Assembly: GCF_009914755.1 (NCBI RefSeq)
Contig: NC_060925.1
Reading direction: 5' to 3' (one strand)
DNA length: 64,000 nt
DNA from: the human T2T-CHM13v2.0 reference genome, Homo sapiens
Positions 1 through 11,624 of this stretch are shown piece after piece. Numbering within the stretch: position 1 is the stretch's first letter; every line of letters starts with the position of its first letter. The notes under the pieces were generated by a model. That model was not told where the DNA came from, did no database searches, and saw only the letters and a program-made list of their open reading frames with translations. The position numbers were made by a program, and so were the translations under genes.

Positions 1-479
1 ATCCATATAGGTGTTGCCAATAGTAAAATAACTTGTTTTAATACCACAGCACATCCTCTGTTATTTTCAGAGCTTGACCAGGCTTAAATAATTGGAGATC
101 TTTGAGAGCATTACAGGTTTTCTTGAGCTTCCCAGGTAAAGATCGCTTTACATTCCATCATTAATGTGTGTGGCTGGAGGACTTCCAGACTGAGAGAGAA
201 AAAGAAGAGGAGCACAATGTAGACAATCTTTAAAACTTTCAAGTATTACAAAGTACTACATGCCCACTGTTTGGATAGCAGTGGAATCAAAAGAGGACAA
301 ATATACTTTAGCCGCAGTTCTTATAGTATGATTTTTTTTTAATGTGAAGACTGATATACAGCACCATTTGGCATGAGCAACAAAAGCTTTCCCTCCTAAT
401 CTTTTGTTTCAGGTCCCAGAGGTTATTAATAATGATCACTTATTAGTCTAATGCATCATGCTCTCTTCCCGTCATTGAA

Positions 480-1525
480 TTTTTAACAGCTTTATTGACT
501 TATAATTGATATATAATAAATTGCACATAAAGTTCATAATTTGATGAGTTTTGACCTATGTATACATCTGTGAAATCATCACCAGAATGACATAATGAAC
601 ATATCACTCCAAATGTTTCCTTGTGCGCCTTTGTATTTTCTCTCTCCTGCTCCTCCTCCACCCACCTCTTGTCCCCAGGCAACCACTGACCTCTTTTCTG
701 TCACTGAACATCTGTTTGTGTTTTACAGAATTTAAATACGTGGGTTCATACAGGATGTATATTTCTTTGTCTGGCTTCTTTCAGTTAGTATAATTACCTA
801 GAGATTCATACATGTTGTGTATATCACTAGTTCATTCCTTTTTATTGCTGGGTAGTATTCTATTATATGCATATAATATCTTCTGTTTATCTCTTCACTT
901 GTTGACGGACATTTAGGATGTATCTGATTTTTTGGCTATTGCAAACAAGGCTGCTATGTACATTTGTATACAAGTTTTTGTGTGAACATATGATTTTACA
1001 TTTCTCTTGGGTGCATATCTAGAAGTGGGATGGGTAGATCATTGTATATGTGTGTATGCATGTTTTCAAGAAACTGCCAAGCTGTTTTCCAAAATGGTTG
1101 TACTATTTTATATTCTCACTAGCAATGTGGCAATGTAAAATCTCCATATCTCTCACCAGCACTTGGTATGGTTGGTCTTTTTATTTTCCAACATTCTAAG
1201 AGATATGTAGTAGCACTTCCCTAGTGATTAAGGATATCAAGCATTTTTTCATGTGCTCATTTGCCAACAATAAATCTTTGAATGGAAGTTATCTGTTCAA
1301 ACCTTTGACCTATTTAGTTGTTTCCTTACTATTCAATTTTAAAGAGTTATTTATATATTCTGGATATAAGTATTTTACCAAACATATAATTTGCAGATAT
1401 TTTCTCCCAGTCTAAGGCTTGTTTTTTTATTCTCCTAACAGAGTCTTTGAAGAGCAGAAGCTTGCAATTTTAACTTTCTATTTATCAATTTGTTCTTTTA
1501 CACAGCATGGTTTTGGTGTTGTATT
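480..1525 (-). mobile_element. Old L1M (L1MB/MC-type) 3' end fragment
   Basis: Starts with cagctttattga...ttgatgagttttgac...tgtgaaatcatcacca, the reverse complement of an L1M 3' terminus, and runs into antisense ORF2 C-terminal sequence (ttgcagatattttctcccagtct). Confidence 0.8.
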
Positions 1526-1529
1526 CTTT

Positions 1530-1815
1530 CCTTTGGGAACTTCAGTTGCATATGTATTAGGTAACTTGAAGCTGTCCCACAGCTTATTGATTTTTTAAAC
1601 ATTTAATTTTCTGTGTGTTTCATTTTGGATAGTTACTATTGTCATGTCTTCAAGTTTACTAATCTTTTAAAAAATAATTCTTTTGTTGTTAATTCTATCT
1701 TGAGTATTTTTCATCTCAGATATGGTGGTTTTCATCTCTTGTGGTTCAATTTTGGATATACATATATATATATATTCTCTGTAACTCTAGATAAGTTGTA
1801 CTATTTCTTCCAGCT
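1530..1815 (-). mobile_element. L1M ORF1-region fragment
   Basis: gttgcatatgtattaggtaacttgaagctgtcccacagct is antisense to the L1M ORF1 motif seen in sense orientation near 61745. Confidence 0.55.
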
Positions 1816-2204
1816 TGATGAACCTATGGAATACAGGTGATTTTGATGCACAGCCTAGCGAAGAATCACTCACTCTGCTGTAACTCATAGGTAATTTCAA
1901 GAGTACAATGACCAAAGTCATTACCTTTCAACTATAAGAAACAGAATAAAAGAGGAAAAAGGACACGTGAGGATTGAGGTCCTATTTCATGACGTAGGGT
2001 CTTTCTTGGTGTTAATATTCATCCTCTTTGTTGTTGTTTTACGTCTTCAACTACTAATTTCCATCCCTTGGATTTAGGTTGGGTCAGGAAAGTTAAAGAA
2101 GACTGTTGAAATTAATAAGGTAGTGTAGAAAATGGAGAAAAAATACTGAAGCAAAGGGGGTCAGAAGGGATGGCATGAAGAGTAAGAGAATCTCAAAGAG
2201 TGAG

Positions 2205-2380
2205 GTTCAAACTTGAGATCTTTGAGAATCATCTGAAGAATCCATTAACTGTAAATGTCTATAGACCTCACACAGAGCTTTCTTAATAGAGAGCTGGAGT
2301 ATGGCCCAGGAATCTGCATTTTTATGGACATGCCAAAAAATTCTGTCATGAGAGGCCCACAGCCCATCATGAAAACACTG
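2205..2380 (+). mobile_element. MER5-type hAT-Charlie DNA transposon remnant
   Basis: ttcaaactt...gaatcatctg...ggcccaggaatctgcattttta...aaaacactg matches the MER5A/B layout. Confidence 0.6.
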
Positions 2381-2642
2381 TTTTTGACCTAACATTTTGC
2401 CAGGTTCCTTGGAAATCCTCATGAGAAAAAAGTTTGTGATGTAATCTAAGCCAACAATGAAGCTCTGGCACAATTTTCAGTTTGTACCTAGACAGCTTCT
2501 GACCCATCTGTGTTGAATAAAGAAATGAAAAACAAATGCTTGGATGAATGAATGAATTAATATAAATCTTCATTTCTGTGTTTATAAATTGATGTTCATT
2601 TATAATAATCATATTAATTATTGATATAAATATGATTAGTAC

Positions 2643-3009
2643 TGCTATGGTTTGAATGTGTTCTCCAAAGATCATGTGTTGGAAAGTCAATCCCTAATGC
2701 AACAGTGTTGAGAGGTAGGACCTTTAAGAGGTGATTAGGTCATGAGGGCTTTGCCCCATGAAGGATTAATGTTGTTGTTGCGGGAGTGGGTTCCTGATCA
2801 AAGGATGAATTCAGCTCCTTTCACTCTTTCCTGCTCTCTTGCCCTTCTGCCCTTGGCCATGGGATGATGTGACAAGGAGGCCCTTGCCAGATGCTGGCCC
2901 CTCGATATTGGACTTCCTAGTCTCCAGAACTGTGAGAAATACATTTCTTTTCTTATAAATTACCCAGTCTGTGGTATTCTGTTGTAGCAACACAAAATGG
3001 AGTAAGACA
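2643..3009 (+). mobile_element. ERVL-MaLR solo LTR (MLT1A/MSTD-like)
   Basis: TG...CA termini (tgctatggtttgaatgtg...taagaca), MaLR core ttggacttcctagtctccagaactgtgagaaat, and a near-TSD AGTAC/AATAC. Confidence 0.9.
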
Positions 3010-3704
3010 AATACCATAATTCTTTATGTTTGTTTTTTAAAAACACATTTACTTATGCCCAGTAATCTATTTATACTATAAAACAACTCAGCAAATCTTT
3101 TCCCAGATAGTGTAAATGCAAACTTCAGTCCAATGCCAGCAACATACTCATAGATTTGGGGTTAGGAATATAGAAAATATAGAAGCTTCCCTAGGTTTAT
3201 GTGTGTTTTAACAAGAAAAAAAAAATAACCAGTTAAAGACAAATTTAACACCTATGGTCAGTTGTAAACAGTTACTCCTTATGATATGTCTTTTTCCTCA
3301 AGCATTTCGTTTTGATGTGTAACAAATAATACACAAGTGACAGAATATAAATATGTTAAAGATGTTCAGCTTATATTGACCATGTTATGTATCACTGCAA
3401 GTAAAATTAGAGTAAGGAAACATTTCTTGGTTAAGATAGATTTTCCTTCTTTCCACAGCTTGAACTTGTCAATAAATTAATAATTAGTTTAGTACTGTAA
3501 AAACTCTTTTCTTATCAAATTTACCTTAAAAACAAACCATTCTGTCTTCTGACAGGTTGTTGGAGCCTGTCAGTAAATGGGAGCATGGATTTGAATTTTG
3601 TAAGTGGGTCTCATAAAAGGGTTGTAAATTAAGTCAGTGCTATATAAACAAAAGCAAAGGATTTTAGATGAACAAATGCTTACTTCTTTTTACCACAGAG
3701 ACGC

Positions 3705-3985
3705 TGCTATTGTTTGAATGTGGTTTGTCCTTGCCAAAATTCACGTTGGAATTTGATTCCCAATGTGGCAGTGTTGGGAGGTGGGGTCTAGTGGGAGGTG
3801 TTTGAGTCATGGGGGCAGATCCTTCATGACTAGATTAATGTCCTTTTGGAATTACATTAGAAGTGAATTCTTGCTCCCACAGGGATGCATTTGCTTCTGC
3901 CAGAGCAGGTTGTTGAACAGACTCTGGCTTCCTCGGTTTCTCTCTCTCTTGCTTCCTGTCTCACCATGTGATCTCTTTGCACTTA
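3705..3985 (+). mobile_element. MST-family LTR, 3'-truncated
   Basis: tgctattgtttgaatgtgg...gtgttgggaggtgggg...gtcatgggggcagatcc...caccatgtgat; it stops abruptly at HERV-L sequence. Confidence 0.85.
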
Positions 3986-3989
3986 CTTG

Positions 3990-4369
3990 CTGGCACAGAT
4001 CATTTATGCAAGCTTGATCCAAGAAAGAGAATCCCTGAGCTCATCCTTTTCTTTCATCACTTCATCCAGCAACACTAGGAGCAGCCAGCAAATGTCTTTA
4101 TATTCTTTGGTTTTCCACAACTGTTCAAAAGTATCATGTATAGAGTCACAAATTTTTTTGTCTCTTATAAGAATTTGGAATATCAAATGCATTTATTTTG
4201 TGTATCTCTATAAACAGTTCACATCATGGGCTATCAGTGCTGTCTGTACTATTAGAAGTACAGTCCTTAGCATTTTTAGGTCTAATCAGATTAAACAGCC
4301 AATTCCAGGAAACCTAAAACCAATTATGAAAATTTAACCTTAAAATTCTGTTTCTCTAATGTCAAAATT
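3990..4369 (-). mobile_element. HERV-L/ERVL internal leader and degenerate gag N-terminus
   Basis: The minus strand translates to WNWLFNLIRPKNAKDCTSNS...KINAFD and DSIHDTFEQLWKTKEY..WLLLVLLDEVMKEKDELRDS, like the ERV-L Gag N-terminus. It has a stop and a frameshift and lies next to an MLT2 LTR. Confidence 0.85.
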
Positions 4370-4968
4370 TGCATTAGTCAGTGTTCTCCAGAGAGACAAA
4401 ACCAACAGGATATATATCTATATTTATAGATATATATTTATAGATACATATAGTTATAGATATAGATATATGAGAGGAGAGCAATTGGGGAATTGGCTCT
4501 TGAGATTATGGAGGCTGAGAAGTCCCACAGCATGCCATCTGCAAGCTGGAAACCCCTGAGATGCTGGCAGTGGTTCAGTCCAAGTCAGAAGGCCTCAGAA
4601 CCAGGGAAGCCAATGATGCAATTCTGAGTCTGAGGATGACAGCCTGAGAACTTGGGTTGGGGGCACTGGTGTAAGTCCTGGCATCCAGAAGCTGGCGACT
4701 CTCAAGTTCTGACATCCAAAGCATCAGAGGAAGAGTCTATCCCAGCTCTTCAAGAGAGATCAATTTGCCTTCTGTATTTGTTCTCTCTGGGCCCCTGGCC
4801 GATTAGATGGTTGCCCACCCCCACTGAGCGTGGATCTTCACCTAGCCCACTTAGACTCACATGCTCATCTCCTCTGGAAACACCCTCACAGACACATCCA
4901 AAATAGTGGTTTACCAGGTTTCTCTAGGTATTCCTTAATCCAGTCAACACCTAAAATTAAGCACCACA
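4370..4968 (-). mobile_element. MLT2B-type ERVL LTR (5' LTR of the truncated provirus)
   Basis: ttagtcagtgttctccagagagacaaaaccaacaggatata...ggaggctgagaagtcccac...ggaaacaccctcacagacac...aattaagcaccaca. Confidence 0.9.
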
Positions 4969-4971
4969 AAG

Positions 4972-5182
4972 AGTTTCTCAACCTCAGCACTATTAACATT
5001 TTGACATTTTGGACCAGATAATTTTTTGTTACAGTAAATGATCCTGCACATTGTAGGATGCTTAGCAGCATCTTTGGCCTCTATCCACTAAATGCCCCTT
5101 TCCCATGTATAACCGCCAAAAATGTCCTCCATACATTGGCAAATGTTCTCTAGGAACAAAACTGCCCATGCTGAAAGTGATT
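4972..5182 (-). mobile_element. MER20 (hAT-Charlie)
   Basis: tttctcaacctcagcactatt...gcacattgtaggatgcttagcagcatc...ccaaaaatgtc is the reverse complement of MER20. Confidence 0.85.
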
Positions 5183-6413
5183 CCTTTAGGACTACATTGG
5201 GTAGGCACGTTCAGGTGATACTCTTTACTGCCTCCTCTCAACTGTGCCCTAAGTAAGTTGAGGGTCTGCACATTTTCTCATTTGTAACACAGAGCCAATA
5301 CAATCTACATCAAAGAAATTAAGCTAGATTCTATCTAGCTTAATTATGCACATACCACACAAATATGCACATACCACACACATATCTGTATATATACGGA
5401 GAGAGAGCCTACCAAAGTTGGGTGAATGGGAAGCAAGGGCACCATGTGTGATATGCACGCACTCATACAGTGAGTGCACGGTAAGAACTGTGGTGAATCA
5501 AGAGCTTGCACCCCTCTAATGACTGTGTCTGCTGCTCTGTATTGTTGCCGTGTAAGAATCTGAGTTCAGTGTTGGTGAATATTCTAATTTTTCAGGAGAA
5601 GCCATGAGATCCTTGTGTGTATGCGTGTGAATGTGTGTATAATACATATAAAATATACACTTTAAAAGATAGGTTTATAGTTTGTTAAAGGACTGTGAGA
5701 GTAAAACCAAGAAAACCCACATCGGTGGGTTGTGTGTGGGCTGTAGGCCATCGTATTGTAGCCTCTGACTTCCACCAGGCATGTAACTGTTGCTCAATAA
5801 ATGTTAGTTTTCTGCCGTATCTCTTGGACTCTGGAGGCGTGAGGTTACCTGCAGAGTTTGGAATCCACTAGCTTCCGCAGTTATCCCTGTGTTCCTTAAG
5901 GTGTCTAGGAAAACTAAACTCAATGTTCCTGCATTCTACTTGCATCACTATTACCTCTTTTCGTGTGAAGAAACGGTTTCTTTACTGAAGCTCTGTTAGT
6001 GTTTAATTGATCTTTAGATCACTCAATACGCATACCCTTTAGATACTGCCTAAGGAAAGATTAATTTTCAGCCCCAGGAAAGATTTAAAATAGGAAATTC
6101 TGGGCCATGCTAATGTAACTAAGGCTTTACCTTAGAAGTAGCAAAATCTGGAGAATTAAAAATGAACTTCATTTTGGCAAAAGGAGCACAATAGTGCTAT
6201 TTCTAAATAGTAGAAATTTCTTAAACAAAAAGGTAGAAATACAAGTGTGTTGTATAAGAGTGAACAATACAAATATTGTTAAAGTAGAAAATTGGGGGGT
6301 GGTAGTTAAAGGGGTGTGGATAATACAAAAAAGAATTGGGACTCCACACTGCAAAAGGAAGGTTTATAGTCACACAGGTTTGACTGATACTGTTTAAAAA
6401 TTTTTTTAATTTT

Positions 6414-6557
6414 CTTCCTTCCTTCTTTCCTTCCTTCCTTCCTTCCTTCCTTCCTTCCTTCCTTCCTTCCTTCCTTCCTTCCTTCCATCCTTCCTTCCTT
6501 CCTTCCTTCCTTCCTTCCTTCCTTCCTTCCTTCCTTCCTTTCTTTCATCTTTCTTTC
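6414..6557. repeat. (TTCC)n / (GGAA)n microsatellite
   Basis: 15 perfect units at 6427-6486, one ATCC, then 12 perfect units at 6491-6538. Confidence 0.98.
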
Positions 6558-6688
6558 TTTTTTTTTTTTTCTAGAGATGCAGTCTCGCTGTGCTACTCAG
6601 GCTGGTCTTAAACTTGTGGCCTCAAGCAATCCCCTTGCCTCAGCCTCCCAAAGCTCTGGGGCCACAGGCATGAGCCACTATGGCTAGC
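6558..6688 (-). mobile_element. Free left Alu monomer (FLAM-like)
   Basis: poly(T)-agagatgcagtctcgctgtg...caggctggtcttaaact...gcctcagcctcccaaag...acaggcatgagccac; a single monomer. Confidence 0.85.
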
Positions 6689-6734
6689 ACTGAGATTTTT
6701 CAAAAAGTGAGGAAGGTTAGGAAAACATTTTATG

Positions 6735-6910
6735 AGTGAGTAGCTAGTGCTGTACATCAGGGACGATACTAGGTGCTTTACTTACCTTAGCTCATAATGC
6801 TACTGCTCCCAACTAGTTGCAAGTTGGTGTTATTATTCCTGTGTTTCCAAAGGGAGTCAGAAAGGTTAAGCAATTTGTTGGTGGTCACGTAGCTAGCAGG
6901 TAGCAAAGCT
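6735..6910 (-). mobile_element. MIR
   Basis: agaaaggttaagcaatttg...ggtcacgtagctag, the MIR core in antisense. Confidence 0.7.
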
Positions 6911-8329
6911 CAGAGGGTTAAAGAACAAAAATATTCACATCAGAGCAAAACCTGCCCCTACAATAGGCCTAGAGGGGGATTCCCAACCTGGAAACAGCAT
7001 AGAAATGCTCCCTCTTACCACCATGAAATAATAGGCAAAATGCTGTACTTATGAGTTCCATCACTGTTCTAGAAAAGGGATTGCAGTTTTCATCAGATTT
7101 CTAAAAAAAATTAAAAAGGAGAAGAAAAATAAGATTGAGAACCTCTACCCTAAAAATATGTTGAGTTCTAGTCCTAAAGACTGTCCTACAGTTCTCTACA
7201 GGTATAAGAAAACATACTGCAGATTTACTTGGAAATTCAAAGATAACTGTGCTCACTCACAAGTACTTTCCAAAGCTGAAATAATAACAACTTAATAGCA
7301 AATCAATCTTTCTTTATCCAGATATGTGAAGTAAGAGGCCACAGAGGCTGCACCCTAACTCAAAGCAAAATAGCACAGTGGAATTTCAGAGTGCTAAATG
7401 CCTTTCCTGAGTATCTGGCCCAATCACCTTATTTAACAAACGAGAAATGAGACCCAAAGTGTTGGGTCACTTCCCAGGGCCACTGAAACCTTAACCTAGG
7501 CTTCCTAACATGGGTGCAATGTTGTTTCCATGACTCCAGGCTGTGTTCTGGAGATGCTGAAGTAAGATAGATTTCAACTGCATTCATTCATGCTATGAGC
7601 CATCATGCCCCCACCATTTAAGGTGACTTGAGTTCCTTAGTCCCACGTATCCTGAAAAAAGTTTAAAGCACACCTACTCTGTGCCAAAATTCAAATTTTT
7701 AATTGAAATTTAGAACTCAGCTTCTTGGAAACTGGGTTGTTCTAAGTGGGTCACTACCCTACAACTACCTCAAAAGAAGCTTCGATGATCATTTATTAAG
7801 TACCTACTGAATGCAGAAACACAAAAGGATGGGAAGAAAGTTAAAAAAAAAACAGACAAAACCTGCAAGTCATGGTCTCTGCACATATAGAATATAAAAG
7901 TAACCATGGAAAGAACTATATGTAGGAAGATATATTGTACAACTATGTATTTATGACCTAAACATAAAGAAGACAGGCAAAACACCTTATTAGGACTTCT
8001 TTACAAATCTATTCCAAGAAAGGAATTCCACGAAACTCTGTATGTTAAAGATCATCCATGAAGTCTGCTAAATCTGAAAATGATGAACTCTAAGAACAGC
8101 TTCTTGCATGTTCCAGGATGAGATTTAAAAATAATTTCTCCTTCCATCCCATTCTCTATACCCAGGATCTGGTAGGTGACTTTGACTTTGTTGCTAGCAC
8201 AGGATTTGGAAACAAAATCCTATGTCACAATGAAACCGGAGGCTGCTTAGTTCTAAATATTGTCCACACTCAGCTTTTGCCTCCTCAGACTCTTCTACAT
8301 GCTTTATTGGGGTCCAGGCCAGTCTCCTT

Positions 8330-8455
8330 CACTAGGCTGTAAACTCCCCTGAGGGCAGGGACTCTGCCTTCCCCACCTTGGTATCCCCAGCATCCTGAAT
8401 GGTGTTCAGGACATTGGAAAGGCCCTACTCCTCTTTAGCAAACTGAACTGAATTG
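8330..8455 (+). mobile_element. L2 3' end
   Basis: actaggctgtaaactcccctgagggcagggact...gtatccccagca. Confidence 0.6.
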
Positions 8456-10608
8456 TAAATGCTGAGAGAACAAGCAGAGTAAGGAAGGAAAAAAATATTC
8501 AGAAGAGATAAGATTATTTTTCAAGTAGGAAAAGCAGGCTTAGAGAGATAAATGCCAGTTAAAAGTTACCTTGCATCAGAATTGATAAAATACCCAAGTA
8601 TACAAAACTAAGTCTATACGCTGAGACTGCAGTGTTTCTGATCTACCTAGAAAACCACACACTAACCACACATTATTTAGGGTAAAAAGTCTTCTTTTGA
8701 GTTCTTAAATAGAAATTAACTATAAATATACAATTCTTGATGAGAAAGAGAATGAGACAAAATTATTGATGGAAACAGCATACTAGAATAATAATCAACT
8801 ATGTGTCAATTTCAGCTGTTCCAATGACAGCTCAATCAATAAATCTGTCATGGCAGATAATTACTTGCTGTATCTTTAGTCCATAAAGTGATCAATAAAG
8901 TCAAATGTCCAGTTTAATATTTTACATTTAATGATTATACAATAACAAGCAGCAGAATATATGTTGAGGGAGATTAATGGAAGGATTAGACATGCTGCCA
9001 ATATTTTTTTCCTTTTAATTAGTGAAACCCTAATGCAAAATTCAAAATATGCTGAGTTGAAGCCTTTCTTTCTTAGCGCTCTGCTAAGCAGCTGAAATTA
9101 TGTTATTGATCTTCTAATTATCTAGCAATTCAAATGCTTCATGAAATGCTTCAAGAGTCTCACCCATCCTCCTGGCTGGGAACTGGCTTGGTAAGCCCAA
9201 GTGACTATGTTTTTTCAGTACATTTATGTCCCTCAAACCCTGAGAGGAAAAGGACCCTCACAAAGGACACCCAGCTCAGCCGCACTGTTGACCAAATGGC
9301 AATGTTCCCAGGGAAACTGCAGGCTGACCGTTCTTGTGGTCAAGTTCCTCTGAGCTTTGCCAGCCCCTGCTCACTTGCTATGAACTTGACGTCACTAAAA
9401 ATTCACCAGAAATCAATTTTGTCAGCTTCCATTATTTCATTGTTCATGAAGGAATAGCCCTGGCAGGTGTTGAATAATTCATGATGGCAGTGGTGTTGAT
9501 CCTATTTTCTGGGTAAGAAAATTCTAAAATCCCAGAAGGCCTTGGTCTGTGAGTCAGTCCCCAGGCCCTGGAGTGCCTGCCTAGCCCATGCTCCTGGGTG
9601 GGGTAGGATTAAATGCCTGTGCCACTGGGAAACCCACCTTTCTCCCTGGTGCCATGTGAGCCACTTACCCATCAGTAGTGTCAAGGAGGAGGGTTGCCAG
9701 GTTTGAACTTAAAGTAACATATAGACTGGGAGAGCAATGAATGACACAGGAAGAGTCTTAATTGGCAAGATGTGAGCAGAATTGGATGAAGAATCTTTAT
9801 GTGTCAGGAATAGGTGGAAAGAGAAAAAGAAAGAAATAAGAAAATATGTTATATTGGTATATATAATAGATGCATGTGTATATGTTAGACATAATGTTGG
9901 CTGCCAGGCAACCTAGAAGGGAAAAGCGATAACTGCGGTAAAGAATTCACAAATCATGAATAGGCAGGCCATGGACTGTGAGCTCTTATCTCAAAGGCAG
10001 ATTTCTCTGTTTTTGGGATAAAGGACATAGGCTGCAGTGCTCCCTCAGAGCCAGCCTTCCTCAGTTTTGTCTCAGTTGAAGCCAAATGCCAGGATGGAAT
10101 GGCAGGGAGCGAGGCTGGCAGGCTGTGCAGAGGAACATGGGGTGGCAGCACGTGGTGAAGGTGCAGCAGTCCAGGCCAGGCCTCTGCTTTGGCTCTGCAC
10201 CCTAGCTCCACCGGGCACCTGGGAGGCAGCGGGCACAATGGGGCTTCAGCTGTGCTCACAGGGGCTGCTGTGTGAACTACAGTGCCCGATATTTACTTGC
10301 AACGAACTCAGAAATGCTAACAAACCTAGACCACTCTGGTCTCCGCAGATTCTCCTCCCTGTGGACAGTGCAGCTGAGGGTCCAATGAACATCAGAAAGC
10401 TGCATGGTGAGCGTAGATGGAGAGCAAAGGAAGTGGGATGGTCTTGCAGGGCAATTCACTAAGACTCTGGAAAAGCCTGGCAACATATCCCAGTTTTAAT
10501 CAAGTATATGCTAGTACATTTTTTCTTTTCTTCCATGTCTGGATAGCTCTGATTAAGCACTAATAAAGTCTGTGGTTGCCCCCACCCTTTTGCCTACTTT
10601 TTTCAAAC

Positions 10609-11620
10609 TTTTTTTTTTAATTGTGGTAAAATACATGTAACATAAAGTTTACCATTGGTCTTAGTCAGTTCAGACTGCTGTAACAAGTACCATGGACTGG
10701 GTGGCTTATAAACAGAAATTGATTTCTCACAGTTTTAGGGGCCTTGCAAGTCCAAGCTCAGGATGCCAGCATGGTTCAGTTCTTCTTCCAGGTTGCAGAC
10801 TGCCGACTTCTCATTGTACCCTCACATGGCAGAAAGAGAGTGAGAGAGCTCTCTAGGATCCCTTTTATAAGGGCACTAATCTCGTTCATGAGTGTGGAAC
10901 CCTCATGACCTAATCACCTCCCAAAGACCCCATCTCCTAATACCCATCACACTGGGGGTTAGGATTTCAACAGGAATTTTGAGGGAACACCTGGATTGCT
11001 TTCACATTCTGGCTATTGTGAATATTGTTGCTATGAATGTGGGTGTACAAGATCCTGCTTTCAATTCTTTTGTGTATATACCCAGAAGTGGATTTGCTGA
11101 ATCATACGCTAATTCTATTTTTAGTTTCTTGGGAGATGGCCATACTGTTTTCTACAGTAGCTGTACCATTTACATTCCCATCAATAGTGCACAAGGGCTC
11201 CAAATGCTGTGTGTGTATTTTTTTTTTTAACAGTAGCCATTCTAATGGATGTGAAGTGGTGTCTCATAGTTTTGTTTTGTATTTCCCTGATGACTAGTAA
11301 TGTTGAGCTTATTGTCCATTTTACATATCTTCTTTGGAGAAATGTCTGTTCAGGTTCTTCACTCATCTTTGAATCAGGTTGCTTGCTTTTTGGCTGACGA
11401 GTTTCAGGAGTTCGCTATATATTCTGCATATTAGTCCCTTATCAGATATGTAATTTGCAAATATTTTCTCCCATTCTGTGAGTTGCCCTTTCACTATGTT
11501 GATAGTGTCTTTTGATGCATACAATTTTTAACTTTCCATGAAGTGTAATTTGTCTATTTTTTCTTTTGTTGCCTATCCGTTTGGTGTTGTATCCAAGAAA
11601 TTATTGCCAAATCCAATCAT
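10609..11620 (-). mobile_element. L1MA/MB 3' fragment interrupted by MLT1A
   Basis: poly(T)-aattgtggtaaaatacat terminus; resumes at about 10990 as antisense ORF2 C-terminus/3'UTR (ttatcagatatgtaatttgcaaatattttctcccattctg). Confidence 0.8.
10657..10990 (-). mobile_element. MLT1A-type MaLR LTR
   Basis: tcttagtcagttcagactgctgtaacaa...tttctcacagtt...ccctcatgacctaatcacctcccaaag...ttaggatttcaaca. Confidence 0.88.
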
Positions 11621-11624
11621 ATCC

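Noticed and set aside
6306-6548. (RKEG)n ORF
   Set aside because: Translation of the GGAA microsatellite.
10037-10462. 141-aa ORF in a GC-richer patch
   Set aside because: Non-ATG start, no recognisable homology or exon structure; stop-poor because of composition.
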